From: a virus
Lineage: Duplodnaviria > Caudoviricetes
IMG/VR virus record: IMGVR_UViG_3300034388_000042
Coordinates: 1-41,847 of that record
DNA: 41,847 nucleotides
Reading direction: 5' to 3' (one strand)
In this document: positions 1 to 8,392 of the stretch, in pieces
Layout: every line of letters begins with the position of its first letter
Numbering within the stretch: position 1 is the first letter of the stretch
Program-made: the position numbers and the translations under genes
Notes under the pieces: model-generated
Database searches by the model: none
What the model was told of the DNA's origin: nothing
What the model saw: the letters and a program-made list of their open reading frames with translations, nothing else

Positions 1-73
1 GTAGTGGGGGGTCCCGGTCCCGTCGATGGGGTGCCCCCCTGCCCGTGGCATCGCCGCAGGTCAGAGGCTTGTC

Positions 74-382
74 TCACCATCGGCGCGAGGTGATGAGCAC
101 ATCGATGGGCTTGGACCTGTGCGGTGACCGCTTGCCTCGTGCTGAGTTGCATCGGTGGTGTGCGGCTCGGCAGTTGCTGCGCACGAGCGCCAGCTGTGGT
201 GCCTCATCGACGGGCACCACGTGGTCGAGGGTCCAGGACAGTGGATTGACGCGGCGGGTGGTCGGGTCGCGGTAGGGCAGCGCGCGGTCGATCTGCTGGC
301 CGCACAGCCAGCATGCGCCCTCCTCCCGCCGTACCTGCCGGACCAGCGCCCGGTAGGGGTGGGTGTGCCGAGGGTCGGTCAT
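74..382 (-). CDS. HNH endonuclease, terminase-associated packaging type
   Basis: CWLC...TLDHVVP...SNCRAAHHRCNSARG motif. Last gene before TerS on the circularised map. Start taken as ATG 382. Confidence 0.88.
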   Translation of the reverse strand: MTDPRHTHPYRALVRQVRREEGACWLCGQQIDRALPYRDPTTRRVNPLSWTLDHVVPVDEAPQLALVRSNCRAAHHRCNSARGKRSPHRSKPIDVLITSRRW

Positions 383-393
383 GGCCGGCCCGG

Positions 394-495
394 TCAGAGG
401 GCGGAGTTGAACCTGGCCAGCGCCGCCTCGGGGTCCTGGTCCCCCTCGCACTCGGCACGCTGTACAGCGAGATCGAACTGGGTGGGCTCACCCAT
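394..495 (-). CDS. Small hypothetical protein (33 aa, MGEPTQFDLAVQRAE...)
   Basis: GGGAGG RBS upstream of ATG 495; fills the gap before the HNH gene; below the ORF-track size cutoff. Confidence 0.35.
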   Translation of the reverse strand: MGEPTQFDLAVQRAECEGDQDPEAALARFNSAL

Positions 496-685
496 GGCGC
501 TCACCTCCCGGGCGATGTGCAGCAGCCCCGCCGTGATCCTCGGTCGTGGATCCGCGCTGCAGTGGCGGCGACGGAGGGGCGGGGCTGCTGGTCCGCGAGA
601 CTCCCGCTCACGGTCGGGTCGGCTCGACTCGGTGCCGGGCTCTGCACGTCCCGGTCACGCTGGTGCGTCGGCCGAACTGAGAGAT

Positions 686-1150
686 CTACATGTGGATCTG
701 GCCCTGACGATAGCGCCGTGATGTCGGCGTCTTGCGCATCGGGGTCGCCGTCGGCCTGACGCGGATCGGCGTCTTGATCTCGGGCTCGCCCCATTCCTCG
801 ACCACTGCGGCGATGTACTCGAGCAGGATCGGGCTCGGGTGGTACCACTCGCGGCCGGCGGCCCGATGCGCGCTCAGTTCGGCGTGAATCCGCTGCTCAT
901 CAGCGAGGGTCCCGGGATGGACGGCGAGGATCTCGGCGTTCGGCGGATAGGTGCGCATCCGCTGCGCCAGGTTGCTGGCGTAGCCGACCTTGATGCGGTC
1001 GCCGTTCTGCAGGTAGTAGATCACGCCCTTGGCTGGCCTGGCCTTCGCCTTGGGCCGCTCGGGTGCGGGGATCTCGCCGCCTTCAATGTCGGCGTTCACC
1101 TGGGCCCAGACGTGCAGGGCGTGCTTCTGGCATAACTCCATGCCGGGCAT
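686..1150 (-). CDS. GIY-YIG superfamily T5orf172/MUG113-like protein (5' end possibly frameshifted, see findings)
   Basis: VIYYLQNGDRIKVGYASNLAQRM...EQRIHAEL...GREWY pattern typical of T5orf172-domain proteins. Confidence 0.8.
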   Translation of the reverse strand: MPGMELCQKHALHVWAQVNADIEGGEIPAPERPKAKARPAKGVIYYLQNGDRIKVGYASNLAQRMRTYPPNAEILAVHPGTLADEQRIHAELSAHRAAGREWYHPSPILLEYIAAVVEEWGEPEIKTPIRVRPTATPMRKTPTSRRYRQGQIHM

Positions 1151-1227
1151 GCGGCCCCCATTTCAGTGATCCGCACATGGGCCAGCAGCATCGGGGACGG
1201 CTCATCACGCCGCCCGACAGATCAACG

Positions 1228-1280
1228 ACTCTGGGTGCATTCTGCGTTCGCGCAGGTCAGACGTCAACTCTCGGTGCCTT
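1228..1280 (-). promoter_or_regulatory. Candidate sigma70-type (late) promoter flanked by direct repeats
   Basis: Minus strand TTGACG (1267-1262), 17-nt spacer, CAGAAT (1244-1239). Plus-strand repeats ACTCTGGGTGCATT (1228-1241) and ACTCTCGGTGCCTT (1267-1280). Confidence 0.55.
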
Positions 1281-2139
1281 TCCGGTCGCGTGTCGGGGCA
1301 CCTTCGCGGGCGAGCTTCGACACTGCGGCCACGCTGTAGCAGGGCTGGCCGGCGGGGTTGACGTAAGCCACGGCGAGAGTCTTGCGGTGCGCCCAGCCGC
1401 GGATCATCGCCGCCGTGACGACGCTGGGGCCGAGCATCCTGGCGATGACGACAGCCGGCGCGGCCACGTCGTTGGCGGCCTCGATCATCGCCGCCCGGCT
1501 GACCACCACGTCCCAGCGCTCCCCGCAGTCCCTGCACGTGGTCACCTTCGCATCCGGGTGCGACAGGATCTCGGCGCCGCAGGTGCACCTGCAGACGAGC
1601 ACCATCGGCTGTGGGGCGTCGACGGCCCGCTCGGCGGCGGTGACGGCGTCACGGATCTCCGCAGCAAGGTTGGCGGCCCACGGCCGGCGCCCCAGGTCGC
1701 GGACGTCGGCCAGCAGCAGCGCCTGCCGCGGCGCGGTGGACAGCCGTTGCCGGCGGACGGCGACCAGCCCGGCGACGGCGCGGACGGTGCGGCATGAGTC
1801 GTGCCGGCACCGGGCTGGGCAGACCGGGCCCTCGATCTCGTCGGCCTGCGGGGTCTGCTCGTCCCAGACGCGCGCCCAGCCGTGCACGACGTTCCGGATC
1901 GCGTCTCCGGCCTGCACGGCGCGTTCGTTGAGCGTCAGGCCGCCCTCGTCGCTGGGGCTGCGCGGGCCGGGTTCGCGCCAGCTCGAGCGCAGGCCGGTCG
2001 CAGTGGCGTCGAGCTCGACGAGCAGGCCGGGCACGGCGCGCAGGTTGCCGCGGGTGCGGCCGATGCACCCGCGGCAGATCACTTCCCCGGCCCCGAGCAC
2101 CTGATCGCAGCCGTCCAGCGGGCACGGGCGGTCGGTCAA
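1264..2139 (-). CDS. Zn-finger plus C-terminal HTH protein, putative late transcription regulator
   Basis: Cys pairs (CPLDGC, ICRGC, CRCTC, TCRDC) and C-terminal HTH-like VTAAMIRGWAHR. GGAGG RBS and TTG start overlapping the upstream stop. Typical right-end position. Confidence 0.65.
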   Translation of the reverse strand: MTDRPCPLDGCDQVLGAGEVICRGCIGRTRGNLRAVPGLLVELDATATGLRSSWREPGPRSPSDEGGLTLNERAVQAGDAIRNVVHGWARVWDEQTPQADEIEGPVCPARCRHDSCRTVRAVAGLVAVRRQRLSTAPRQALLLADVRDLGRRPWAANLAAEIRDAVTAAERAVDAPQPMVLVCRCTCGAEILSHPDAKVTTCRDCGERWDVVVSRAAMIEAANDVAAPAVVIARMLGPSVVTAAMIRGWAHRKTLAVAYVNPAGQPCYSVAAVSKLAREGAPTRDRKGTES

Positions 2140-3461
2140 CAGGGCCTCCGTCGCAGGGATCCGGACTGCTCCAGGTCGGCCCGGGTCGCACCGCATCCGG
2201 AGCATGGCGTCCACTCGCCGCCGGCTCGCAGGCGGTCCATGTCGAAGCTGTGGACGCAGGAGTCCCGCGGGTCGGTCACGGGCGGGCGGTCGGCCTCCTC
2301 CATGTGATCGGCGGAAACGAGCCCGAGGGCGCCGATCAGGAAGCTCGCCATCAGCCGATCGGTGTCGCCGAGGGCAGTGGCGAGCAGGTGGCGCAACCGC
2401 TCGACCTCGTCGATCCGGAACGCAGCGCCCACGACACGTGCCACGCGCTCGGCGTCGTACGCGGTCAGGTGCTCGACGTCGAGGGCGGCGATGCCGTCCC
2501 CGATCGCGGTGACGGTGGCCTCGCGGGTGCCGCGCAAGCGCTCAGCCTCGGCGACCAGGCCCTCGACGTCGGCCCGCAGCCGCTCCACCTCGGCGCGCGC
2601 CTCGCCGCGCTGCTGGTTGACCACGATGCCGTCGCGCAGGGCCTTCTGCAGGGCGGCGCGGACGCTGTCCAGCTCGGCGTGTGCATGGTCGAGCGCGGTG
2701 GCCAGCTTGCGGGCCGCGGCACGGGTGTCGTGGTGCTCGCGCTCGACCTTCGCCAGCTTCTCGCGGGCGATCCCGAGGTCACCCAGCGCCTGCAGCATCT
2801 TGCGGCCGTTGCGGTCGGGGTCGATCTCGTCGAGCACGATCACCCAGATGCCGAGCCGAGGGTGCCGGGAGACGCCCGGCCCGTGGTGGTACATCGCATG
2901 GTCGCGGATCGACTCGGGGATCTCGGCGCCGGTGCGCACGACGACGTGCCCGGTGGGCTCGCCGGGTATCGCCCGGTCGAGCGGGTGCACGCCGGTCGGC
3001 CGGTGTTGGCCGCGCACCTGGTCGAGCCGCTCCCGCACGTCGTCCAGGGCCACGCGGTAGGGCTCAGGGATGGCGGGTGCGGTCCGCTCGGCGTAGGCGG
3101 CCTCGCAGCCGCCGAGGCACGTGCAGCAGCCGCCACAGGGCTCGGGGTTCGCGGACGGGCCGCCGCAGTCATTCCCGGCCTCGCACTTGCCGAGGGGGCA
3201 TTCGTGGCCCTTGGCGCGGGCCGGCGCGGGCGTCCAGGTGAACTCCCGCGTGCCGCGCCCATCCTTGGCGATCTCCACGCGCCGGCCGTCGGCCAGGTCG
3301 AGGGTCAGGCAGGCGTGGGGGCCCGCCGCGCCTGGCGGCTCGTAGTCGAACGCCTCGACGTCGCCCGGGGTGATGCCCAGCTCGGCGCACGTGGTGCTGA
3401 CGGCGGTCAGGTGCCGCTCGACCATCGCGGCGTGCTCGTCGTCGCTGATGACGGGGGTCAT
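2136..3461 (-). CDS. Mosaic hypothetical protein with Cys cluster and coiled-coil segments
   Basis: ATGA overlap at 3458-3461; CGGCCTCLGGC cluster; repeated EVERLR heptads. Confidence 0.55.
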   Translation of the reverse strand: MTPVISDDEHAAMVERHLTAVSTTCAELGITPGDVEAFDYEPPGAAGPHACLTLDLADGRRVEIAKDGRGTREFTWTPAPARAKGHECPLGKCEAGNDCGGPSANPEPCGGCCTCLGGCEAAYAERTAPAIPEPYRVALDDVRERLDQVRGQHRPTGVHPLDRAIPGEPTGHVVVRTGAEIPESIRDHAMYHHGPGVSRHPRLGIWVIVLDEIDPDRNGRKMLQALGDLGIAREKLAKVEREHHDTRAAARKLATALDHAHAELDSVRAALQKALRDGIVVNQQRGEARAEVERLRADVEGLVAEAERLRGTREATVTAIGDGIAALDVEHLTAYDAERVARVVGAAFRIDEVERLRHLLATALGDTDRLMASFLIGALGLVSADHMEEADRPPVTDPRDSCVHSFDMDRLRAGGEWTPCSGCGATRADLEQSGSLRRRPC

Positions 3462-3673
3462 CGGGCCCACCTCACGAACTCGGAGCCTCCGGGACCGGCC
3501 GGGCTCACCTCGGGGACGGGGCTGGCGGCGGGCGCGCTCGCTGTGGGCGACGGGGACGGCGTGGGCACCTGGACGGGGGCGGGGCCGGAGTCGCGGGCGC
3601 CCAGCAGCAGTGCAGCCACGGCGATCGCGAGGGCGACCAGGGCCAGGTGGGCCAGGGAGCGGGCGGGGGTCAC
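3458..3673 (-). CDS. Small membrane-anchored hypothetical protein
   Basis: GTGA overlap; hydrophobic LAHLALVALAIAVAALLLG followed by a Pro/Ser-rich tail. Confidence 0.5.
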   Translation of the reverse strand: MTPARSLAHLALVALAIAVAALLLGARDSGPAPVQVPTPSPSPTASAPAASPVPEVSPAGPGGSEFVRWAR

Positions 3674-3963
3674 TGGTCGCCTCGCAGGTACGCCTCGAGC
3701 ACGCGGGCGGTCCCGAGAACGTCGCCTTCGGAGAAACCGGCCCACAGGCGCGCGGCGGCCTGGAGCGCCTCGACGCGGTACGGGTCGGGGGCGGGATCGG
3801 GGCGGCTGCCGCCGGACGGGCCGCGCGGCGGGGTGCGGGGCGCCTCGTCGCGGTTGGCCCAGCGGTACTCGCCACGCGAGTGATCTCCGGCGTGGTTGAC
3901 GGGCCGGTCGCACGACGCGACCGTGAGCGCGTTGGGGTGCGGCGCGGCGCAGTCGGCGATCAT
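3670..3963 (-). CDS. Hypothetical protein
   Basis: Coupled stop/start overlaps on both sides; C-terminal helical segment. Confidence 0.55.
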   Translation of the reverse strand: MIADCAAPHPNALTVASCDRPVNHAGDHSRGEYRWANRDEAPRTPPRGPSGGSRPDPAPDPYRVEALQAAARLWAGFSEGDVLGTARVLEAYLRGDQ

Positions 3964-4520
3964 CGGTTCTTCCTTCCCTGAGCCGCGGCGTGCATCGCTC
4001 GCAGCTCGGCCTGTGCCGCGTGCAGGTCCCGCTCGGCGAGGTCGGCGCGCTGTGCCTCGATGCGGAGGGACCGGCCGAGGGAGGCCACGAAGTCGGCGTC
4101 ACGCCAGCCGGCGAGGTCGAGCAGGGCGCGGGTGGCCGCGCCCTGCTCGAGCGTCAGCGTCGGCACCGAGTCCGCGGCGAGCCGGAGCGTCGCTGAGCGG
4201 GCGATGGGGGCGAGGTCGCGGTCACCGACCACGATCCGCGCATCCATGCCGCCGCGGTGCCAGGTGATCCAGGCGCCCTCATCGCCGATCTCGCGGGGCG
4301 GCGTGAGGACCTCGTGCACTCGGCGGACGCAGCGCTCGGCGGGCGTCTCGGGTGCGATGTCGCCCGCCGCCTCGTCGGGCAGCGTGGCGGCGAACTCGCG
4401 GATCCGCTCGGCGACGTCGGCCGGCAACATCGGACGCACCCAGGTCTCGCCTTCGGCGGCGGCGTCGAGCCGGCGGGCGAGTTCGGCGAGGGCCTCGCGG
4501 GCGGTGGGGGCGGCGGTCAT
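3960..4520 (-). CDS. Hypothetical protein
   Basis: ATGA overlap at 4517-4520; high-GC3 coding style. Confidence 0.55.
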   Translation of the reverse strand: MTAAPTAREALAELARRLDAAAEGETWVRPMLPADVAERIREFAATLPDEAAGDIAPETPAERCVRRVHEVLTPPREIGDEGAWITWHRGGMDARIVVGDRDLAPIARSATLRLAADSVPTLTLEQGAATRALLDLAGWRDADFVASLGRSLRIEAQRADLAERDLHAAQAELRAMHAAAQGRKNR

Positions 4521-4753
4521 CGCGGGCCGTCCTGGGCGGCGATCGCGGCCCGGACGAGGCAATCCTTGGCCTCCAGAAGCTTCCGCAGGCCGGTGGTCAA
4601 TTCGGGGCCGTCGGGGAGTTGGGCGACGAGCGAGTGGGCGGCCGCGAAGCAGTCCCCGGCCACGGAACGGGGCAGGCCCTCGGGTAGGTGGCCGAAGTCG
4701 AACCAGCGAAGGATCTGCTGGGTGGCGGGGTGGCGGGGCTGGTCGGTGGTCAT
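4517..4753 (-). CDS. Small helical-hairpin phage protein, candidate Acb2/Tad1-like nucleotide sponge
   Basis: ILRWFDFGHLP...LPDGPELTTGLRKLLEAKDCLVRAA, a conserved-looking two-helix phage protein; function inferred only. Confidence 0.5.
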   Translation of the reverse strand: MTTDQPRHPATQQILRWFDFGHLPEGLPRSVAGDCFAAAHSLVAQLPDGPELTTGLRKLLEAKDCLVRAAIAAQDGPR

Positions 4754-5145
4754 GCGGTCTCCCGGGCTTCGATCTGGTTGGGGCGGCGGAACAGGTCCAC
4801 GACTCGCTGTGCGAGCTCGCCGTTGGGCACGAGGACGTCGCATGGCTCGTCGGCGTGGTGGACGGCCTTGCAGTCGGGGCAAATCCGGCCGTGCTCGCAC
4901 GGACGGGTGAGCTCGGCTTCGGCAGCCTCCGCGTCGGTCTGGGTGCGGCACAGCTGCCACAGGTGGCCGGGCTTGAGCCGGACGTCGGGCATGCGGCGGT
5001 AGTGCTGGCGCATCGCGGCCAGGGCGGTCTCGAAGTCGAGCGCGCCGAGCATGTCGTGCCAGACGAGGACGTCAGCGTCTCCGACGGTGCGCTGGTCGCA
5101 GGCTGCGGCGTAGCTGAGCAGGTCGACGACCTGGGCGCGGTTCAT
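4750..5145 (-). CDS. Putative helicase loader/inhibitor (G39P-like), partner of the initiator
   Basis: Directly after the initiator; LLSYAAACDQRT...VWHDMLG..DFETALAAMRQHY..P pattern. Confidence 0.6.
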   Translation of the reverse strand: MNRAQVVDLLSYAAACDQRTVGDADVLVWHDMLGALDFETALAAMRQHYRRMPDVRLKPGHLWQLCRTQTDAEAAEAELTRPCEHGRICPDCKAVHHADEPCDVLVPNGELAQRVVDLFRRPNQIEARETA

Positions 5146-6098
5146 GCGGGGTTTCCTCCGATCGCGAGGTGGGTGACGGTGGCCAGACCTGCGGCTTCGG
5201 CCTGGTCGAGGGCTTCGTACTTGGCGCGCAGGGACTGCGCCGCGGCGACGCGATCGTCGGTGGTGGAGCGGCGGCCGGCACGCGCCTGGCGGCGGTCGTC
5301 GATGCGGCGCTGTTCCTCGATGGCCCAGTTCCGCCAGGTGAGATCCCAGCGGATTTTCCGGCCGTCTTTCCCGGGTTTCGCCAGCCAGTGGTTCCGGAAT
5401 TTCTCCACGTCTACCCATCCGACATCCGGGGCATTCTTGCGGGTCCATTCGATGAGCTGGGGATCGGGTTGCCAATTCTCGGGAATTCGGGTGCCCCGAT
5501 CGGGGGACGCCTCGCGTGCGGGCGCGCGTGTCGCGCGCGTCTTAACCCCCCCGGAGGGGGGGTAAGAAGCTTTCTCAACCACAGATGGGTTAGGGCAAAG
5601 GGCGTGTCCGGCCGGGCCGGACGGTTCGCCGACGGTTGGGCGACGGTTGGCCCCTGAACCGTCCGGTGGGGCCGGACGGTTGGAGACGTCCGAACCGTCG
5701 GCGAACCGTCCGGTGGGACCGGACGGTTCAGGGGCCGAACCGTCCGGTGGGGCCGGACGGTTCAACCGTCCGGTGGGGCCGGACGGTTGGCCGTCGCCGA
5801 GGAGGCGCCAGACCGTGCGACGACGACCCCTGAGGGACATCTTCGCGACCAGCGCCGGACGCTGGGCAGTAGCCTTTTCGAGGCGTCCGAGAATCTCGGC
5901 GCACGACGATCGATGCATTCCCGTCCATTCCGCGATGACGTCATAGCCCGGCCCCGACTTCCAATCGAATGCGTCGCAGGCCAGGCAGAGCAGGACCAAC
6001 TTCTCCGCCGGCGTCATGCCGTACTCCCTGGGGAGTGAGGTGACCCATGCGACGGCCGGGCGGGGTCCATCGATCTCGATGCCGGCACCGCTCCCCAT
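5142..6098 (-). CDS. Replication initiator (lambda O-like architecture)
   Basis: N-terminal winged HTH (AEKLVLLCLA...YDVIAEWTGMHRSS), central iteron-encoded repeats, C-terminal IPENWQPD...KFRNHW...WDLTWRNW domain. Confidence 0.8.
   Translation of the reverse strand: MGSGAGIEIDGPRPAVAWVTSLPREYGMTPAEKLVLLCLACDAFDWKSGPGYDVIAEWTGMHRSSCAEILGRLEKATAQRPALVAKMSLRGRRRTVWRLLGDGQPSGPTGRLNRPAPPDGSAPEPSGPTGRFADGSDVSNRPAPPDGSGANRRPTVGEPSGPAGHALCPNPSVVEKASYPPSGGVKTRATRAPAREASPDRGTRIPENWQPDPQLIEWTRKNAPDVGWVDVEKFRNHWLAKPGKDGRKIRWDLTWRNWAIEEQRRIDDRRQARAGRRSTTDDRVAAAQSLRAKYEALDQAEAAGLATVTHLAIGGNPA
5606..5788. repeat. Iteron array, putative replication origin
   Basis: Four copies of palindromic AACCGTCCGG-TGGG(G/A)-CCGGACGGTT at 5657-5681, 5704-5728, 5738-5762 and 5764-5788, plus a partial copy at 5606-5626, all inside the initiator gene. 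Confidence 0.85.
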
Positions 6099-6204
6099 TG
6101 CTCAGGCTCCGCCTTCCCCTGGTCGCATCTGGTCCCGCACTTCAGCCGCCACCGCCACGCCCCGCACACCGGACAGCGGTCGATCCGGCGGTCCCGCACG
6201 GGTC

Positions 6205-6624
6205 TCACGGCGGCTCCCAGTCGTCCGGCAGGCCCATGCGTCGGTTGGCCGCGAGCCGGCTGACCATGCGCTGGTAGGGGCCGCGCAGGTCGTCCGGGTC
6301 GTCCTGGCGGCGCAGCGCGGACTCGATCGCGGATGCGGTGGTCCCGAGCCGCTCGACGATCTGCGGCGGCGTCAGTCCCTGCGCGGTCAGGGCCTGCACG
6401 AGCCGGGCTGTCTCGGCGGTGGTGCGCCGCGCGCCGCGCGACTGCGGTGGGGGTGCGGCCGGCGTCTGCCGGTACCGGGCCTCCCGCTGCGCGCGTAGCG
6501 CCCCCACGTCCTGGGCGAGCCTCGCGCGCCACTGCTGGCGGACGCGCCAGGGCAGGTGCGGCCAGTGCTGGGCGACCGCCGGCGGCACGCCGGGCGGTGG
6601 GCTGCCGGTGGTCGGGGCGGTCAC
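6205..6624 (-). CDS. Putative HTH DNA-binding protein
   Basis: LTAQGLTPPQIVERLGTTASAIESALRR is HTH-like; GTGA overlap start. Confidence 0.55.
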   Translation of the reverse strand: MTAPTTGSPPPGVPPAVAQHWPHLPWRVRQQWRARLAQDVGALRAQREARYRQTPAAPPPQSRGARRTTAETARLVQALTAQGLTPPQIVERLGTTASAIESALRRQDDPDDLRGPYQRMVSRLAANRRMGLPDDWEPP

Positions 6625-6875
6625 GCTGGTCTCCTCTCGCTGGGCAGCTCGGCGGGCAGGTGCACGGTCTCGACACGCCGCCCGCGCACCGTGGCAGCGA
6701 CGACGCGGGCGGCGACCAGGCGCAGGCGGGAGCCGCGGCAGCGTGCGTGGCGCGGCCCGTGGGTCCACAGGCGGCCGGCGAGGGTGAGGCAGTGCGTGTG
6801 CCAGCAGACGGGGCAGACGACCTCGCCGCGGCCGGTGACGATGGCCAACTGGTCGGTGTGCGGGACGGCCCTCAC
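6621..6875 (-). CDS. Small Cys/His-containing hypothetical protein
   Basis: CPVC...H...CRGS; coupled overlaps on both sides. Confidence 0.5.
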   Translation of the reverse strand: MRAVPHTDQLAIVTGRGEVVCPVCWHTHCLTLAGRLWTHGPRHARCRGSRLRLVAARVVAATVRGRRVETVHLPAELPSERRPA

Positions 6876-7501
6876 GCGGTCTCACCGCCCAGGGGCAACT
6901 CCGGGTGCGCCAGGGCGCGCTCCCAGGCGAGGACGTCGGGCAGGCGGCGGTCGGGGTACTTGGCGAGGATGGTGCCGTCCGCCGTGGTGGCGCCCATGCT
7001 GCGGGCGATCCGGAGCCGGCGCAGGCTGTTCACGCGGCCCATGTGCACCCGCTTCCCGCGCGCGACCGCTTCGCCCGCAAGTCGGCGTGCGTGCGGCCCG
7101 AGCTTCCAGGTGGTGTCGCCGCCGATGAAGAGGACGTCGAACGCGTTCCACGGCACGGTGAGTTGCTCCAGGCCGTTCTGCGCGACGAACGCGGCCGGGT
7201 AGCCGAGGGCCCGGATCGCGGGCAGCCAGGGTGCCGAGCGCTCCCAGGTGGCGGCGGCGTCGGCGACGACATCCGGGGCGACGGCGAACAGGCACAGGGC
7301 GGGGTCTGCTCGGTGCCCCGAGAGCCAGTGCATCCACGCACGCTCGCCGGGGTAGCCGGCGCCGAAGCACCCGTTGTCGAGGGCGTAGGGCACGCCGTCC
7401 GGCACGACATTGCCCTGCGCTGGGGTGTCGATGGCTCCGGGCCAGCCGGCGCGCATCGCGGCCCTGATGCGCTCGGTGCTCGGGTTGCCGAGCCACAGCA
7501 C
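6872..7501 (-). CDS. TGT/DpdA-like (tRNA-guanine transglycosylase fold) protein
   Basis: Ordered motifs LDNGCF, APDV, VAQNG, LFIGG, VHMGRVN and ADGT match the TGT-like TIM-barrel pattern; GTG start at 7501. Confidence 0.6.
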   Translation of the reverse strand: MLWLGNPSTERIRAAMRAGWPGAIDTPAQGNVVPDGVPYALDNGCFGAGYPGERAWMHWLSGHRADPALCLFAVAPDVVADAAATWERSAPWLPAIRALGYPAAFVAQNGLEQLTVPWNAFDVLFIGGDTTWKLGPHARRLAGEAVARGKRVHMGRVNSLRRLRIARSMGATTADGTILAKYPDRRLPDVLAWERALAHPELPLGGETA

Positions 7502-7505
7502 GTCA

Positions 7506-7739
7506 TCACCCCGCACCCCCCGTGCCGGGCCCGGGTGGCGCTTCCCCACGCTCACCCGGGCCCGGCGTCTGGGCGCGCCGCTGTGCCCGCTGGTCCTCGA
7601 CCTGCTGCCGGAACCAGGGGGCGGCGCGGCGGTGGTGGCACGTGCAGTCGCAGAAACCGCCCGTGCAGTGGTGGTCTCGGTTGGGGCGCCCCTCGCGGGC
7701 GGCCTTCGCGCAGTTGGGGGTCAGCAGGCTCACGGGCAC
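7506..7739 (-). CDS. Small Cys/His-rich hypothetical protein
   Basis: GAGGAG RBS; C...HHCTGGFCDCTCHH motif. Confidence 0.55.
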   Translation of the reverse strand: MPVSLLTPNCAKAAREGRPNRDHHCTGGFCDCTCHHRRAAPWFRQQVEDQRAQRRAQTPGPGERGEAPPGPGTGGAG

Positions 7740-7811
7740 CTCCTCGGTCGCTTGATGGTCAGGAGGACGGCGGCCGGGCCACGGGCCATCGGGCCCGGCC
7801 GCCGACGGTCG

Positions 7812-8063
7812 TCAGTCCTGGGGCTTGGCCGCGGCCTTGACCTCGGCGCTGCGGTCCCGGCTGGCGTTCATCGACGTCCCGATGAAGTAGCCGTCCGAGT
7901 CCTTGACGCTGACCTGGACGTACGCGCTGCCGTTCTCGCCGGGCTCCACGTGGTGCCCCGAGACGATGATCGTGCCGAGCGGGATGCGCTGCAGTGCCGC
8001 CTCGCTGACGGGCTCCAGGCGGACTCCGTCGGCGTCGTGGGTGATGGTGAGCGAGTAGCTCAT
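7812..8063 (-). CDS. Hypothetical protein
   Basis: GAAGGGA RBS; 9-bp hairpin CCGGACGCC/GGCGTCCGG at about 8093-8114 upstream. Confidence 0.65.
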   Translation of the reverse strand: MSYSLTITHDADGVRLEPVSEAALQRIPLGTIIVSGHHVEPGENGSAYVQVSVKDSDGYFIGTSMNASRDRSAEVKAAAKPQD

Positions 8064-8197
8064 CGCGTGGTGCTTCCCTTCGGTGGTGGTGTCCGGACGC
8101 CGGTCGGCGTCCGGGTGGTCTTGTCAGGCGCAGGTCACCACGGGGGCATGCCGTGGTTGCGGACGCAGTGCTTGCACGGTGCGGACTCGGCGCACGT

Positions 8198-8392
8198 TCA
8201 CTTGCCGCACTTGGGCCCGTCGGGGCAGTCGTCGTCTGGCTCGTCCTCGCCCTGGTCGCCGTCCTCGTGCTCGGCGGCGAGCAGCTCCAGGTCGGTCGCG
8301 GCGTCAGCGGCCGCGCAGTGGACCTCGTGGGCGAAGCGCTCCAAGATGCGCAGGGCCTTCGCGGCCATCTCGATGTCGCTGCGGGCGCTCAA
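8198..8392 (-). CDS. Small acidic protein, possibly truncated by an in-frame TGA (frame continues to 8135)
   Basis: TTGA overlap start; ends CPDGPKCGK* with the Cys motif continuing past the stop. Confidence 0.45.
   Translation of the reverse strand: MSARSDIEMAAKALRILERFAHEVHCAAADAATDLELLAAEHEDGDQGEDEPDDDCPDGPKCGK

Noticed and set aside
1-73. Exact cos site
   Set aside because: The HNH-TerS junction suggests cos packaging, but the overhang cannot be identified without read-end data.
8198-8200. Selenocysteine codon
   Set aside because: No convincing SECIS-like hairpin downstream and no sel genes; a point mutation is simpler.
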